Positions 20,388-32,515 of a stretch of DNA of 64,000 nt are shown here, in pieces. The DNA comes from Flectonema sp. DT1601 (Eukaryota). The stretch's first letter is position 1; the number at the start of each line of letters is the position of its first letter. The notes below the pieces were generated by a model that saw only the letters and a program-made list of their open reading frames with translations, did not search any database and was not told the DNA's origin. The position numbers were made by a program, and so were the translations under genes. Location: assembly GCA_964019425.1 (NCBI GenBank), contig OZ025796.1, positions 992,001 to 1,056,000 on the forward strand. The letters run 5' to 3'.

Positions 20388-20849
20388 TTAGGTTTTCATT
20401 ACCATTTGAATGGGACCACCACTTGTGATTTTCCCTCTCTCCGCAACCTCTCGTTGTAGCTGACAGGCACTGCAGCATGCGCAGCAACATCCTACTAAAA
20501 TGTCTTGTAGCCATGTGCCGTTTATTTTATATCCAGTTCTTATGAGGTGTCTTGCATAGATAGATTGTGTAAGTGGACCACACAGAGAACAGATTAAATT
20601 TAATAAGAATGCAGTTTCGTCATAATTTGTCTTCACGTCAGCTAATGCAAGGGGGCAACAACAACACACACGAAGACAAATCACACAATCTAAATGGCAT
20701 GCAAACAGGTCTGTTTTCCAACCTTTTCCATCATTGATTATAGGCTCATTAACTTCATCGCATAGGAATTGTTCCTTGTCTTCCTCTGCCGGCTCAGTGT
20801 TGTCTTTACCTTTTTGACGTGGAGAATCGTTTCCCTTGGCTCTCTGCAT
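20388..20849 (-). CDS. PLAC8-family cysteine-rich protein
   Basis: WKTDLFAC..C..C...CCCCP, RHLIRTGYKING, CCCACCSACQLQREV. Confidence 0.88.
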   Translation of the reverse strand: MQRAKGNDSPRQKGKDNTEPAEEDKEQFLCDEVNEPIINDGKGWKTDLFACHLDCVICLRVCCCCPLALADVKTNYDETAFLLNLICSLCGPLTQSIYARHLIRTGYKINGTWLQDILVGCCCACCSACQLQREVAERGKITSGGPIQMVMKT

Positions 20850-20855
20850 AGGGCC

Positions 20856-20890
20856 CTGTAAAGAGAGAAAAAAAAGAAATAAGATAATTG
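20856..20890 (-). promoter_or_regulatory. Putative trans-splice acceptor for the PLAC8 gene
   Basis: Minus strand TCTTATTTCTTTTTTTTCTCTCTTTACAG, 6 nt upstream of the ATG. Confidence 0.6.
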
Positions 20891-21305
20891 TTAAAACAGA
20901 AAGTCTTAGTATTTATTATTTCCCCTTTTTTTTCTCAATTATTTTAGGAAACACTTTTTCTGCAAAGTCGCAAGCACAAAAAAAAAAGGACCGCTTTGTC
21001 GCAATATGGCGAGGCGATGGTTCAATCAGTCTTTCCTCGGCACGCTAAGGGATAGATAAAAATCATAAAGGAAAGGAATATTGCACACTATTCAGGGCGC
21101 AGAATATTCCTAAAATAACCAAAAATACGGAGATTATTTCGATCGTACTTGTGTGGGGAAAGATGACCAAAATCAAATTAAAATATCCTTAGGAAAATGC
21201 GACACAGGGTCGACACCTCCCAATAGCTTGTTTAGTACAGCGCATGCTGGGGGGGAAATAGTATAGTAAGAGTACCTCAACTAAATAATATTAAAACTCA
21301 AAAAC

Positions 21306-21451
21306 CATTCAGATAAGCCTTATATTTTGTTGATCGCAGCTAGTTTTACTGGCGCACAGGGAAATAGATAACATGACATAATAAATAACGGCTCTTAATC
21401 TGAATAGTTTCTTCTCCGACTTCGTCGGTGCAAAAAAAAAAAAAAAAAAAA
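21306..21451 (+). mobile_element. Structured SINE-like element, copy A (~126 nt + poly-A)
   Basis: Aligns along its length with 37946-38089; last 43 nt identical; terminal hairpin CCGAC-TTC-GTCGG followed by an A tail. Confidence 0.6.
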
Positions 21452-21491
21452 TTTAAAAAAAAATTGGGGGAAAAGAAAATGTTAGTTATTA

Positions 21492-21840
21492 TCACAGGGC
21501 GATAATATCAAAAGTGATGTCGGATTTTTGAAGATTTCTCTTTACAGCACCAACCATCGGAGGAGGGCCACAAATTAAAGTGGCTGATGTCTCCCTGGAT
21601 GGGGGCAAGAAATCTAACAAAGCAGTAGTTATGTATCCTATGCTGTAAGGCCAAGGTGTAGCCGGATTTGACATTTTGTCAATTGTGTACCAAACTTTTA
21701 GTCTTCGAGGATAGTTTGATGATATTTGCTGAAGCTCTTTAAAAAGCAAAATATCATCTTCGGATGTACTGGCATATAAAAGTCTGATTTTTGTACTGTC
21801 GTAAGGATCGCTGAGAACTTTTTTAATTAAACTATACGGT
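21492..21840 (-). pseudogene. C-terminal NAD(H)-binding half of an NADH-cytochrome b5 reductase-like protein; no FAD domain and no start
   Basis: PYSLIKKVLSDPYDSTKIRLLYASTSEDDILLFKEL...LKVWYTID...W.YSIGYI...LICGPPPMV. The GGTGITP motif and FAD domain are missing. Confidence 0.65.
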
Positions 21841-22530
21841 TTTAAAACACTTTCCTGAGTTTCCATATTGAAGATTGTACAAGTCGCGTAATTCATGAAA
21901 ACGAGTAGAGATTGGATCTGAAGCGCCGTATCTCCACAATGCGCATATCTTCGCTGTGAAAGACAGACGTAGAAGCGTACAGAATGGGAACCAAGTAGCA
22001 AGAAGGTGAGTGATTTCAGACAGTGACATCAAAGCTTTCTGGTAATGTTTCAGATTCCAAGATTCAGCAGCAGATTCCTGAAGAGTAGCAATACTTTTAG
22101 GGAATTCAGGTGATGAAGTGTCTGGTGAAAGACACCGCTCGCATTGACAATTAAAGTCAAAGTGGTACTTCAGATACTTCAATCTGGAAGGTAAATCTTC
22201 ATAAATCACAGGACAGTAACTTAGAGTCAGTTCTTCTCCTTTCATAACAGGAGAAATCGCAGATACAATAATAGAATTATCACCTAGGAAGTGATACGTG
22301 CAGTTAGGTTGGCAGCTGTGATTCAGTCTACTGGCTTCTTCAAATAAACCATAGTTCTCTGCTCCACTAGTCTGTGCCCATACACCATCATTGCATATTT
22401 CATAACAATTGCCTTGCAGCTTTGCTCGAAATGAGTCCCCTTGCAGTTGGTTTATTTTATTTTTGACTGTTTCATCAGAGGCTTCTGCCTTCAAGAGCAA
22501 TGCTTTCCATCCATCTGCTGAAAGTAATAT
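21832..22530 (-). CDS. SET-domain (SMYD-like) lysine methyltransferase, 5'-incomplete (no in-frame ATG before the SET motifs)
   Basis: GLFEEASRLNHSCQPNC, GEELTLSYC, post-SET FDFNCQCERC; the frame is closed by TAA at 22531-22533. Confidence 0.7.
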   Translation of the reverse strand: MLLSADGWKALLLKAEASDETVKNKINQLQGDSFRAKLQGNCYEICNDGVWAQTSGAENYGLFEEASRLNHSCQPNCTYHFLGDNSIIVSAISPVMKGEELTLSYCPVIYEDLPSRLKYLKYHFDFNCQCERCLSPDTSSPEFPKSIATLQESAAESWNLKHYQKALMSLSEITHLLATWFPFCTLLRLSFTAKICALWRYGASDPISTRFHELRDLYNLQYGNSGKCFKTV

Positions 22531-23301
22531 TTAAGGAAAGCCAAAGACGATAAGACTGTTGAAAAGATAGTATAATTTCTATATATAGTGGCAGTTGTAT
22601 ACTTTTACCGTAGATTTTGATTGTTATCTCTTATTTTAGTTATTCGGCTTCAGTCTTCTCATAGAAACATTGACGTGATATCGGATTCCTGTAAAAATAA
22701 AAAATGAGATTAACAAGAATGTAACAGAGATTCATTTGGACTGGAACCGCATTTTCATGAAAAGCGTTTATGGACATCGTGAGTCGAAAAAAAAAAAAAT
22801 CAAAGAAATAAATTTAAAAAAAAAAATCAAAGAAATCAACAATGCTGATGCACTTTAACCTGCATCCTCTAGGGAAAGCAGTACTATGAGAGGGAGTTGT
22901 TGTTTTTTTTTCCCTTCGGTGCTTATGCAAAATCTTCATATGCACATTAGTGTTTTTATTTTTTTTTGTTCTTCTTTTAGTTTCTTTGGATTTTTTTTTT
23001 TATTATTATTATTTTTTTCTTTTTCATTTTTTTTTTTCTTTTAGTTTCTTTTCTTTTTCTTTCTTTCTTCTTTTTTTTTTTTTCTATTTCGTATTCATTT
23101 TTTTTTTCTATTTTAACGGCTTGCTCGTGTTACGAATTATCAATAAACAAGATTGTAGCCTTATAGAGTCCAGCGTTTAGTATTTTGTATTGCAACGTAC
23201 AATCGCCATAAGTTTTGTGATGGAAAGGCTATGAGCACGCTTCTAACTAAGATGTGTTCCTTTTATTCTTGATTCCCATATGAGGATAATATATTACGAG
23301 A

Positions 23302-23332
<31 letters not shown>

Positions 23333-23362
23333 AGCGGAATATTGCTGTGTTGGATTTTTTGA

Positions 23363-23394
<32 letters not shown>

Positions 23395-23633
23395 GTTGTT
23401 GCTGGTTCTTTGTTTCCTGGAAAGCTGTATAATAATAGATTGAAAAGTGAATCATCAAAAATATGTGGGAAGAAACCACTCACATAATTCCTGTTTTTGT
23501 TTGCTTAACAAAATAGACAGGACGTTTCGATTTCTCTTTTCTTTTCTTTTAAAATAAAATAAAATAAAATAAAATTTCCTCCTTACTTTTTCTATTTTCG
23601 AGGAAAAGTTGAGAGAGGGAGTATTTGCAATTA

Positions 23634-23704
23634 GACGAAATGGGTGGAGGAAATGGGTGGGGGGAAAACGGTGGACGAAATGGGTGGAGGAAATGGTGAG
23701 GAAA
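23634..23704 (+). repeat. G-rich minisatellite, ~13-nt unit GAAATGGGTGGAG within a ~40-nt duplication
   Basis: gacgaaatgggtggaggaaatgg at 23634 and 23674. Confidence 0.8.
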
Positions 23705-26700
23705 ATATAAAATTAAAAAAAAAGGAAACAAAAAAAAACTTTATCACTAGTCTGTTTCCTGTTTTGAAAAATATTATTTTAATTTTTTTTTTTTCTTCTT
23801 TTTTGTTGACGCTAGCGGAGAATTCTGCTTGGTGAGAAAATAAAAAAAAATCGAATAGAATATAAAAAAAAACATTTTTAGTATTTTGGGCGAACCTTCT
23901 TTGTGAAATCAACAGCCACTTGGTTAAACGAAAAAAGAAAAAAAGAAAAAAAAACCAAATTTCATTGAACTCTGCCCCTCACATTCCTTAACACTTTCGA
24001 CACCAAGAAGTTTGCAAGATCCGACTTTGGGAACTATAAACCTCCTAGCAGTGCCCTTGCTGCTTCTGGAACATGGCGGGGGAAAACTTAAGAAGAAAAA
24101 GAAAAGAAAAGGTTTACACCCCACAGCTATATACTGTCAACCGTTCATGTTGGAAAAAAAATTATAAATCAAGAGTAATTAAACAAGGAATTCTTTGCAA
24201 ATACGGTAAAAAAAGAGGGAACCGGCCTGAGAACATTTGTGACTCGGCACTTACAACCCGATTACCGATGTGCAATGACACGTTGGCATGTGAACAAATT
24301 GCAATATTTCTTGGTGTGGGATTACGTTAACGTAATGGAATGAAATTTGCTCCTACTGCGACATTTTCAATTGGGCTGATGCCCAATACAAATAACTATT
24401 CTCGGTTCTGGAATAGAGCATCCACCTTATGTTTAAGCAACTCTCTTTGCGAGCATTACTCAAGTACAAAGAAGGCAATGGCGAATCCACCAATGGCACG
24501 AGTGAAGCTCGAGCCAAAGCCAAGGAAAGTATTTTTTCTCTTTCTTTTTTTTTTTTTTCCATTTTTTTTTTTATTGCGCATTGGGAAAAAGTTATGAACA
24601 AGGGAAAAATTAGTTTTAAGCATATTTATATAAAGACATAAATATATGTATTGTATCAAAGTTAATTAATTTAAATAATTAGTAATTTGTGATGCAGTGA
24701 CTAAAGTGAACAAGGGGGAATTAAAAAAGAAAACGAGAGGAAAAACAACAAAGTACGTGTGAGAAGTTGACCGATTAAATTCTTTTATTTTATTTTTTTT
24801 TATTTTTTTTTTCTCCCCTGGAAAAAAAAAAAAAAAAAAAAAAGCGAGAAAAAAGAAGTCGAAACGCCTAACACTAACAATACACGTACCCAGAATCGTC
24901 AGCACCAAGTACAGTAAGGGGTGAGACAGTAGGTGTATGAATAACGAGCTAAAAACAAGCTGCAAAGGTCCCTAGCCCACAGGAGCTGGTTCCAACCGAT
25001 GATGAAATGATAAAAAGATTCAAATCAAGAGCGCTGTGTTGTAGCAACGTTCTTTTTTATTTTTTTTTTTTTTTATTTTTTTTTTTTTTTTTTTTTTTGC
25101 CTGCATAGCTTCGCCTGAAATAGTAATGGAATAGTAATGAAATAGTAAACAAGCTCCCCAAGGGCTTTAACGTAAGTTTTTTTTTTTTTTTTTTAATAGA
25201 ATTCAAGAAATCCAAGTTTTCATAAATTACACACAAGACTACATCAACAGTAATGTATTTCTGTGTTACCTAAAAGGAACCGAACATCTAAGTTAACGAT
25301 CAGTAAACAATGTACTTGGTAATAATTGAGTTAAATAGGAAAAAATATAAAAAAAAATATTTTTGATATTAAAAAAATAAACACAACTAATATATTGTAT
25401 CATAAGAACCTAAAAGAATAATTTGACCACCTATGGATACCGTGACCATGCTCAACCTAACCTTTAAGGTAACTATCAGCTTCGAGAGTAAGCGCCTCTA
25501 TTCTATAGGAGAGAGGCAGGATAATAGTTTGAGCAAAAATATGTACTGGATCAAAGGGGAGAGGGAGGAGGGAAAGAACGAAATCTTCCGTATTTAATGT
25601 AAAGAAAAAGCACTTGGTGTCCTTGTGAGGTGCCACATCAGTTATTGGAAATCTATAAGTAATATTTCACACAGATGAGATCTGCTTTACCAAATTCTGA
25701 TCCGCGAACTACGTTGGTAAGTATAGAATTCAAAAGGACAGTTAATATATATCAGAAATATGATTGTCTCCGAGAATGTAACTACCCACTTTACAAAAAA
25801 AAAAAAAAAAAAAAAACATGCGAATACGAAAACAAGATCACGAAGATGGCAGGTTGTTTCCAAACCAAGGGATCTTCAATCTTTGCTCGATGGATGTAAA
25901 ATTTCCCTCAGGAAAAAAAAAAGAAAAAAAAAAAGAATAAGATAATTACATAAAAAAAAGAATCGTTGCACTGACTTCTTGTCATGAAGACGATTTGAAA
26001 ATTCTTTTTTTTTCCCTTACTTTTGTTTTTGCCTTTTTTTTTTTTTTTTGTTCCATAACGGACAATGAAAAAGAGTAATATTTATCAAAAAGGTGTCATC
26101 TACTCAGATAACATAGAGGAAGAAGCACGGGTCATGACGAACAGGCTGCGAAACACAAGTAAAAACGTCTACGCAGTCATAGACACGAACAAGTAAAGCC
26201 ACCCCAAACACAGATACACATTTCTGATTTACTATTGAAAATTACTCTAGCAGGAAAGTGCTTGCAATTAATCAACTAAACCACTTAGGTAACGTGTGTC
26301 ATGCTGCTGGCTGAAATGTGCAAACAAAAAATCGGGGGGTGGAAAAGAAGGATAAAAAAAAAAAAAGAGAGGAAGAACAGTAATTATGGATAAGATTGGC
26401 TTTATCGGGGAGCTGCAATCCAAATAATCAAATTAATTAATAAATCGTAGGAAAATCAAACAAAAAATAACGGTTGAGTAATTCCTTTTTTAGCTATACG
26501 AGTATGCTATAAGGTAGTGCACTATATCAAAAAATATTAAAAAATAAAGTTTAAAACACATTGGTCTTTTGCGGTTTTGCGGAGACTTAATTCCGTCTCC
26601 GTCACCGATAGTGTTTTTGTTCTTGCGGGCTTTGTCATGCCCTTCTGTTCTGCACGCCTATTGACATATTCAGTTTCTCACTCAGGAATTTCTAGAAGAG

Positions 26701-28295
26701 GAACAACACTCGAGGCTCATGAAGAGACCTGACCGGCTGTAGTTTCATTTCAGGGGGTTGTGTTGGGAAATCAATAAGTTAAAAAAAAATCATATTATTC
26801 AACCAACACGAAGACAATAAGAAATCTTAAAAAAAAAGGAAATTTTTCGCAACACTTTTTTTTTCTTTTAAAAAAAAAAAAAAACCAAGAAACAAAAAAA
26901 AAAAAAAAAAGAACAGAAGCCACTAGAAAGAAACAGTGCTCTAAGTATAAAGAATATCAAAAATAAATGGAAAGAAGATCCTCATTAAAACATGTTCATT
27001 CAGTCATGAATACCAGCGAGGTGTCCATGGATTATCACCAAAAAGCCATTAAAAGGAAAAAAAGAACACGCCATAGCTTTTTGGCGAAGAACCTGCGAAA
27101 ATGGTGTTCACTTCAGAAGTGAAATAGAACTGGTGTGGGTATACAAGTTTACTTTCGTATGTCTCGAAAGTGAAAAAAAAATAAAAAGAAAAACAGTAAA
27201 AATAAAAATAACCAAAAAACTAACAAGCACATCCGTCCACTTTCATACGGTAATAATTGTCAGGTTACATGGGCCGATCAATCGACCAGAGCTTTTACAA
27301 GAGCATGACTATATAAGGGTAATCCTTGTCTCCACTTGATGCATTTCAAGGGATGAGCATTCCTTCAAAAAGAGACGACTACGTCATCCAACTTTTGTTG
27401 ATTAGTCATAGAGCCAAGGGAACAACACAGAAAGGTTTAAAGAAATTATGTAAAGACCCCTCCCCAGCTAAGCCCAAAACTCTTGCATATGGGTTGCTTA
27501 AATAAGTCAAATCAACGCTGAGAATCTTATTGATGAATGATTGTAAAAACAATACCAGATATAATTATTGTGTCAACTGTACTCAGTGACATGCAGGTAA
27601 TAACGTTAAATGCACCATATCTAAGGTACCACAAAAGTGACTTGGCGAGATAATTTCAGGATCAACTATGCATAGCAAAATATATCGTGTTTCTTTTTTC
27701 TTTATTTCTATTTATTATTATTTTGTTGTTGTTTTTTTTTATTTTCTTTGTTTTTTTTCTTTTTTTGGTAGACGAAATAAAACTTACCGACGAAAGCATT
27801 ACCAAGAGTATATATTGTATCCCCTTGGTCCGCGCAACGTATAAATTGAAGCCCAGCTAACATTCAAAATGAATTTCTTATGCTAAGGTAATCAATTGGA
27901 AAGGGAAAAAAAAAATTAACGTTGTGAGGAAAATATGCGCGCGCCGAAAAAATCTGTGTATCGCATAAAGTGGATTACGCTCAAAAAAAAACTACAACCA
28001 GTTAGTTTTAATTTCCTTGTCGTGCACGAAGGGACTCAAGCAACGCATGGCGGCTCCAATGGTCTGAGAGGAGGGTGCCAATTAGTAAATTAAGAACGGG
28101 GAGAGAGAACGAATCCTTGGCCACTTTATTTTATTTTATTTATTTATCTGAGTCAGGGAAGTCAAACCGCTGGAGATGCTCACGAGGTACCAAGTTAGTT
28201 GGTACCACAACAAGATTCTCACAGTTTATGCAGCAACTTTGTGGGTACATTAGCCACGAAATTTTCCGTGCTGACAATCGGTTTATTTATACATT

Positions 28296-28330
<35 letters not shown>

Positions 28331-28986
28331 CATCGCTGCATGATTTTTTCTTAACTTCAAAACAAAGACAAAAAGAGAAATTGATAATAATAATAATAAT
28401 AATAATAATAAATTTCATGGTTGAGGCATTTAAATAAAACGGCTTGGGCTCACCACAGTATCAATAGGCGCATTGCTCTACTTTATCCTGTCAGTATTGC
28501 TTACGGGATTTACATCATAATTGTTAGACTTAACAGGGTTAGTTTGGTGTATATGCGCCCACATTGAGCCGTATTTTTGATGCGTTCTATAACCATAGTA
28601 ATAATGGTAAAAAATAGAAATGTCGTGAGGCTTCTTTAAGACACCACACAAGAAAAAAAACGTAAGACGTTCGCCAATAACCACCAGTAACTGATAACTA
28701 CGTTTGTTTAAGCCAAGTCGGTCCCTGCTACTCACTAACGACATTGACTCAAATAGTGAGCAGAATGAAACCATTGAATCGCTTAGCCAAGGAAATAAGA
28801 TAAAGTTACCCCCTATAGTCTTGGTAACGTTGTCGGAAGAACCAGCTGCATCATGACGCATACAATACATACGGGTATCAACAAAGGTCAATCAAGTTGT
28901 TAATCTCTAACAACCTCCTGTTGTGAAGGAAGGAAGAAACAAACAGACCGATATCTTCAATGATGTAAAGCACAATAGAGCTACAC

Positions 28987-29020
<34 letters not shown>

Positions 29021-29669
29021 AGAAAGAAAGACAAGAAATTACTAAAAAGAACCCGGAGGTTGGAAAAAGAACTGGAACATTGTGGGCAATAAATATATAA
29101 GGTTTTTTCATCACAGCTCACCCCTTTATCTTCTCTCCATGAGGAACGCATGTACGTATTCAATCAGAGAGATTGATAGGAAAGTTGGTTGATTAGTTAG
29201 TGAGTGTGCAAACTGAGGGACAATCGTTCAACGCGGGCGTGAAATCCCAACAGAGTATCCAAAAGTTACCAAACAGCACCTAAATGCGTCCCTTCTGTTC
29301 CATAATATTAAGCTCCGTGATTTTTTGGTTAAAATCTTTGCAACACCTCCCCTCTTCAGATAAATTAGTGGAGTACAAAAGTTCTTCCATCTGCAGGGGC
29401 TCCTTTTCTTCCTTTCTCCTTTTGTTTCTTCCATAAAAACATTTTAAAAAAAAAAACATCTCCGACGTTTGGTGCAAATTATTAGGTGCACAAGCACGCA
29501 AAATATCAATGCAACAATTACTAATTTTGAAAATTGCAACCAGAATTAGTTTCTACTTTTTATTCTTTTTGTATTCCGTAGAGGTGTTGGAGGGGACTGA
29601 AATGTTTAAATTTATAAAATACAACTGTATTGTATCATATTGTATTGTATCATATTAACATAAAGTAAA

Positions 29670-29699
<30 letters not shown>
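29670..29699 (+). repeat. Poly-G run (30 nt)
   Basis: Seen directly. Confidence 0.9.
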
Positions 29700-29700
<1 letters not shown>

Positions 29701-32414
29701 ATGGCCAGTTAGACAACTTAATAAAAAAAATAGTTATTTATACTTCTTAAGTACTTAAAGTATTTTACAGAAAAAAATAAAGGTCGCAGAGGGGAAGAAA
29801 AATAAGATAAAGACGTGCCCTTGTGAGGTTTCGCTTTTTTTTCTTCCCTCTTTTTTATTGTTTCCTAATTCCTCAAGTATTTCTGGCTAAGAGATACGAC
29901 GAACCGGCTATGGAAATCAACGGTAGAAGACAAGACTGAGTCAAAATCACTCCTATTCCATTAAATGTCATAGGCAAAACATGCGCCCATCAATTTCTGA
30001 AGACGCAAACACAAAAAAAATTATTATTTTCCCTTTGTAATTTTTTTCGAGCTTTTTTTTTTTTTTTTTGCTTTCTCCTGTGAAGTGCGAATAGATCGCC
30101 TACCAGTATTGAATAAGAAATAAATATAGAAAACGCAGATAATCTCTCACAGTAACCTTTTATAAGTCGGAGAGAGAACATAAAATGAGCACCGTCGCCG
30201 ATACAAAATGAAGAAACCCAAATTGTTTTCTGCGGATGTCGAGCGCTCATTGAAAAGTTCTTTCCGTTTCTATTCTGCAAGTCCCGAGTCAGCGAGTTAT
30301 CAGATGATATCTCTCTACAAAAATGGAAAGAAAAAAATTCTTTTCGAAAAACTATTAAAGGGACAGACAGCAAAAAACTTAGAAAAAAAAGAAAAAAAAA
30401 AGGAAACAAATATGGGACAAAAATAAGAAATTTGCTCCCCACAAGAACAGTATAGTGTTTGTCACAGCCGTGGCTAGCGGCGTGTGACTTCGGCTCATAT
30501 TTTATTTTATTTCATTTTTATTTTTTATTTTTTTTCATATAAGTTTTACCCCCCATAATATAAGACGGTAGAAAAGAATGCCAACAACAACCAAAAAAAA
30601 AAAAAAAAAAAAGGGCTTGGGGAAGATAAAGAAATAAGGGGTTTGATATTTTTTAAAAGAGGTCTTCATAATATTTAAAAAAAAAGGGGGGGAAAATGAA
30701 AGGCTCATAGAAATAACCATAAAAAAGTAACTACCAACACTACAAAGCTGCTCGAAAAATAATTCCAAAACAGGCACATCAACAGGGGAAGAAGCGGAAA
30801 CACATTCCACATGAGTCCGGTTGGGGATGTGAATAAAATATGTATATATACGAAAAAGAAATAATAGCTTTGCAACACAAGAAAACATAAAAATAAAAAA
30901 GAGTACTGGAATAAAAGAGATGTCGCAACACGAAACAAATCGGGATTGGACGCGCAGAACCCTTTTTCCACTTTCACGACGCAAAATATCAAGCGAATTA
31001 ACATAATTTTTGTAACAAATCACCAAATAAAGATCGTTTAAGTTATGGGTTTCTCAACTGTGAATCTCAATAATCTGAAGGGAGGGGACTAAATGAAAGG
31101 CAACACCAATCCGTACATTTTTCAACTAGGAAAGAACGAGGAAAAAAGGGGGAACAAGGCTATGAGCCCATAAGGTTTCCCTCTGGCTCATTCACAGAAT
31201 GGCCGGATAGGAAACAACAGAACGACTACACAGAACCCGTGATTCTGACATCAGATCGTAGACAAGTCTCGTTACTGATTCCAGAAGCACAGTCCTAGCT
31301 ATCGAAAAAGGCGAGAGAAAAAACATTTAGAAAAACAAGAAAAAAAGGAAGGAGAAAAAGAAAAAAATTTCACGATTTTTAATAAAATAAAAAACGATGG
31401 GGAAAAATACGCAACTAAAGGAACTTGAAAGGCTATCTTTCATTTCTGTAAAGGGTCGGTAGAAAACTTCTTCTATTTTTTTTTTTTTTTTTTTTTTAAA
31501 ATCCCACGAGGCTATCTAAGCGAGGATATCACTGACATCTATTGACAATATGAAACTTAAATCAAAAGAGAAGCTAAGAGAAAGCAAAACAGCTATCGAA
31601 AACCCGAGTAAAGGAACCGTCACCTTTCATACCCTTCGGGAAAAAAACCCCCCCCTGGATGCTGCCACCAAGAGTCTCTTGTGGTTGATTCAGTAAACGT
31701 CAATTACAGAATAGGCATTTTCGTTTAGGGATTTTTGCTTTTTGCATTCATATTGCAACAACAGTAACAAAAAGTTAGTAGTAAAAAGAAGAAGAAGAAG
31801 AGGAAGAGAATCATAATAATAAAAAAGCAAGAAGGCAGAACACAAAAAATAGACACCGTTGCGAAGAAAATGTTTTTTTTTTTTTGCAAAAAGATGGCAT
31901 ACCATGACTCTCTGGCTTGGAGCAGATTTCTTTCTTTGTTGATATGTACAGCCGGTACTCGGCAACGGAAATATACTATTAATCTGAGGAAAAAGATCCC
32001 CTCCAGGAGAACATAAAACAAAAGGGGTGGCACTTTGTCGGAAGTGAACGTTCTGCTGACTTACAATGCAGGGTCGGTTCAGTCTCTTTGAACGAACCTT
32101 TCGCCACAGATGTTTACGGCTCATCTGTGGTACCCTTAGAACTGGTTGCTTTGCGCTGGTTGGGTAAATCCAGCAGCAATGCAAATACAAATGAGAAAAC
32201 TAATGTCAAAAAAATGAGACAGAAACACATTCCAAAAAAAAAAAAAAAAAAAAAAAAAAAAGGAAAAGAAATACCACCCCTTGTCAACTGAAAAATTACA
32301 CGAGGTAATCTCCTCAACTTTGATAATTGACAACAAAAACAAAAACAAAACGGAAAATAAATGTGACCAGCGATAGTCCATCTCTCCCCGGGTTCCCAAT
32401 TAAAAGCTCTTTCC

Positions 32415-32515
32415 GGGGGGATGTATGTTCGATTTTGTAAAAATTACAACTGTGTTGTATCATAAAAACATAAAGATAATTTAACATTAGTTTTAAATAC
32501 AGTGACTAAGGGTGA
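32415..32515 (+). repeat. Most complete copy of a degenerate AT-rich dispersed repeat (others ~24645-24710, 25381-25425, 29591-29669)
   Basis: Shared core ACAACT..TTGTATCATA..AAC.TAAAG..AATTT; CAGTGACTAA.GTGA shared with the 24645 copy. Confidence 0.6.

Noticed and set aside
21306..21431. Resemblance of the SINE-like element to U5 snRNA (TTTTACT) or tracrRNA (GTCGGTGC, ATAAGGCT)
   Set aside because: U5 loop GCCTTTTAC is absent and not conserved in copy B; tracr-like words lie on different strands or in the wrong order; no Cas, TnpB or Fanzor gene or CRISPR array is present.
31925..31975. FFVDMYSRYS resembling an integrase core strand
   Set aside because: Flanked by stops, and downstream catalytic D/E motifs are not at plausible spacing.
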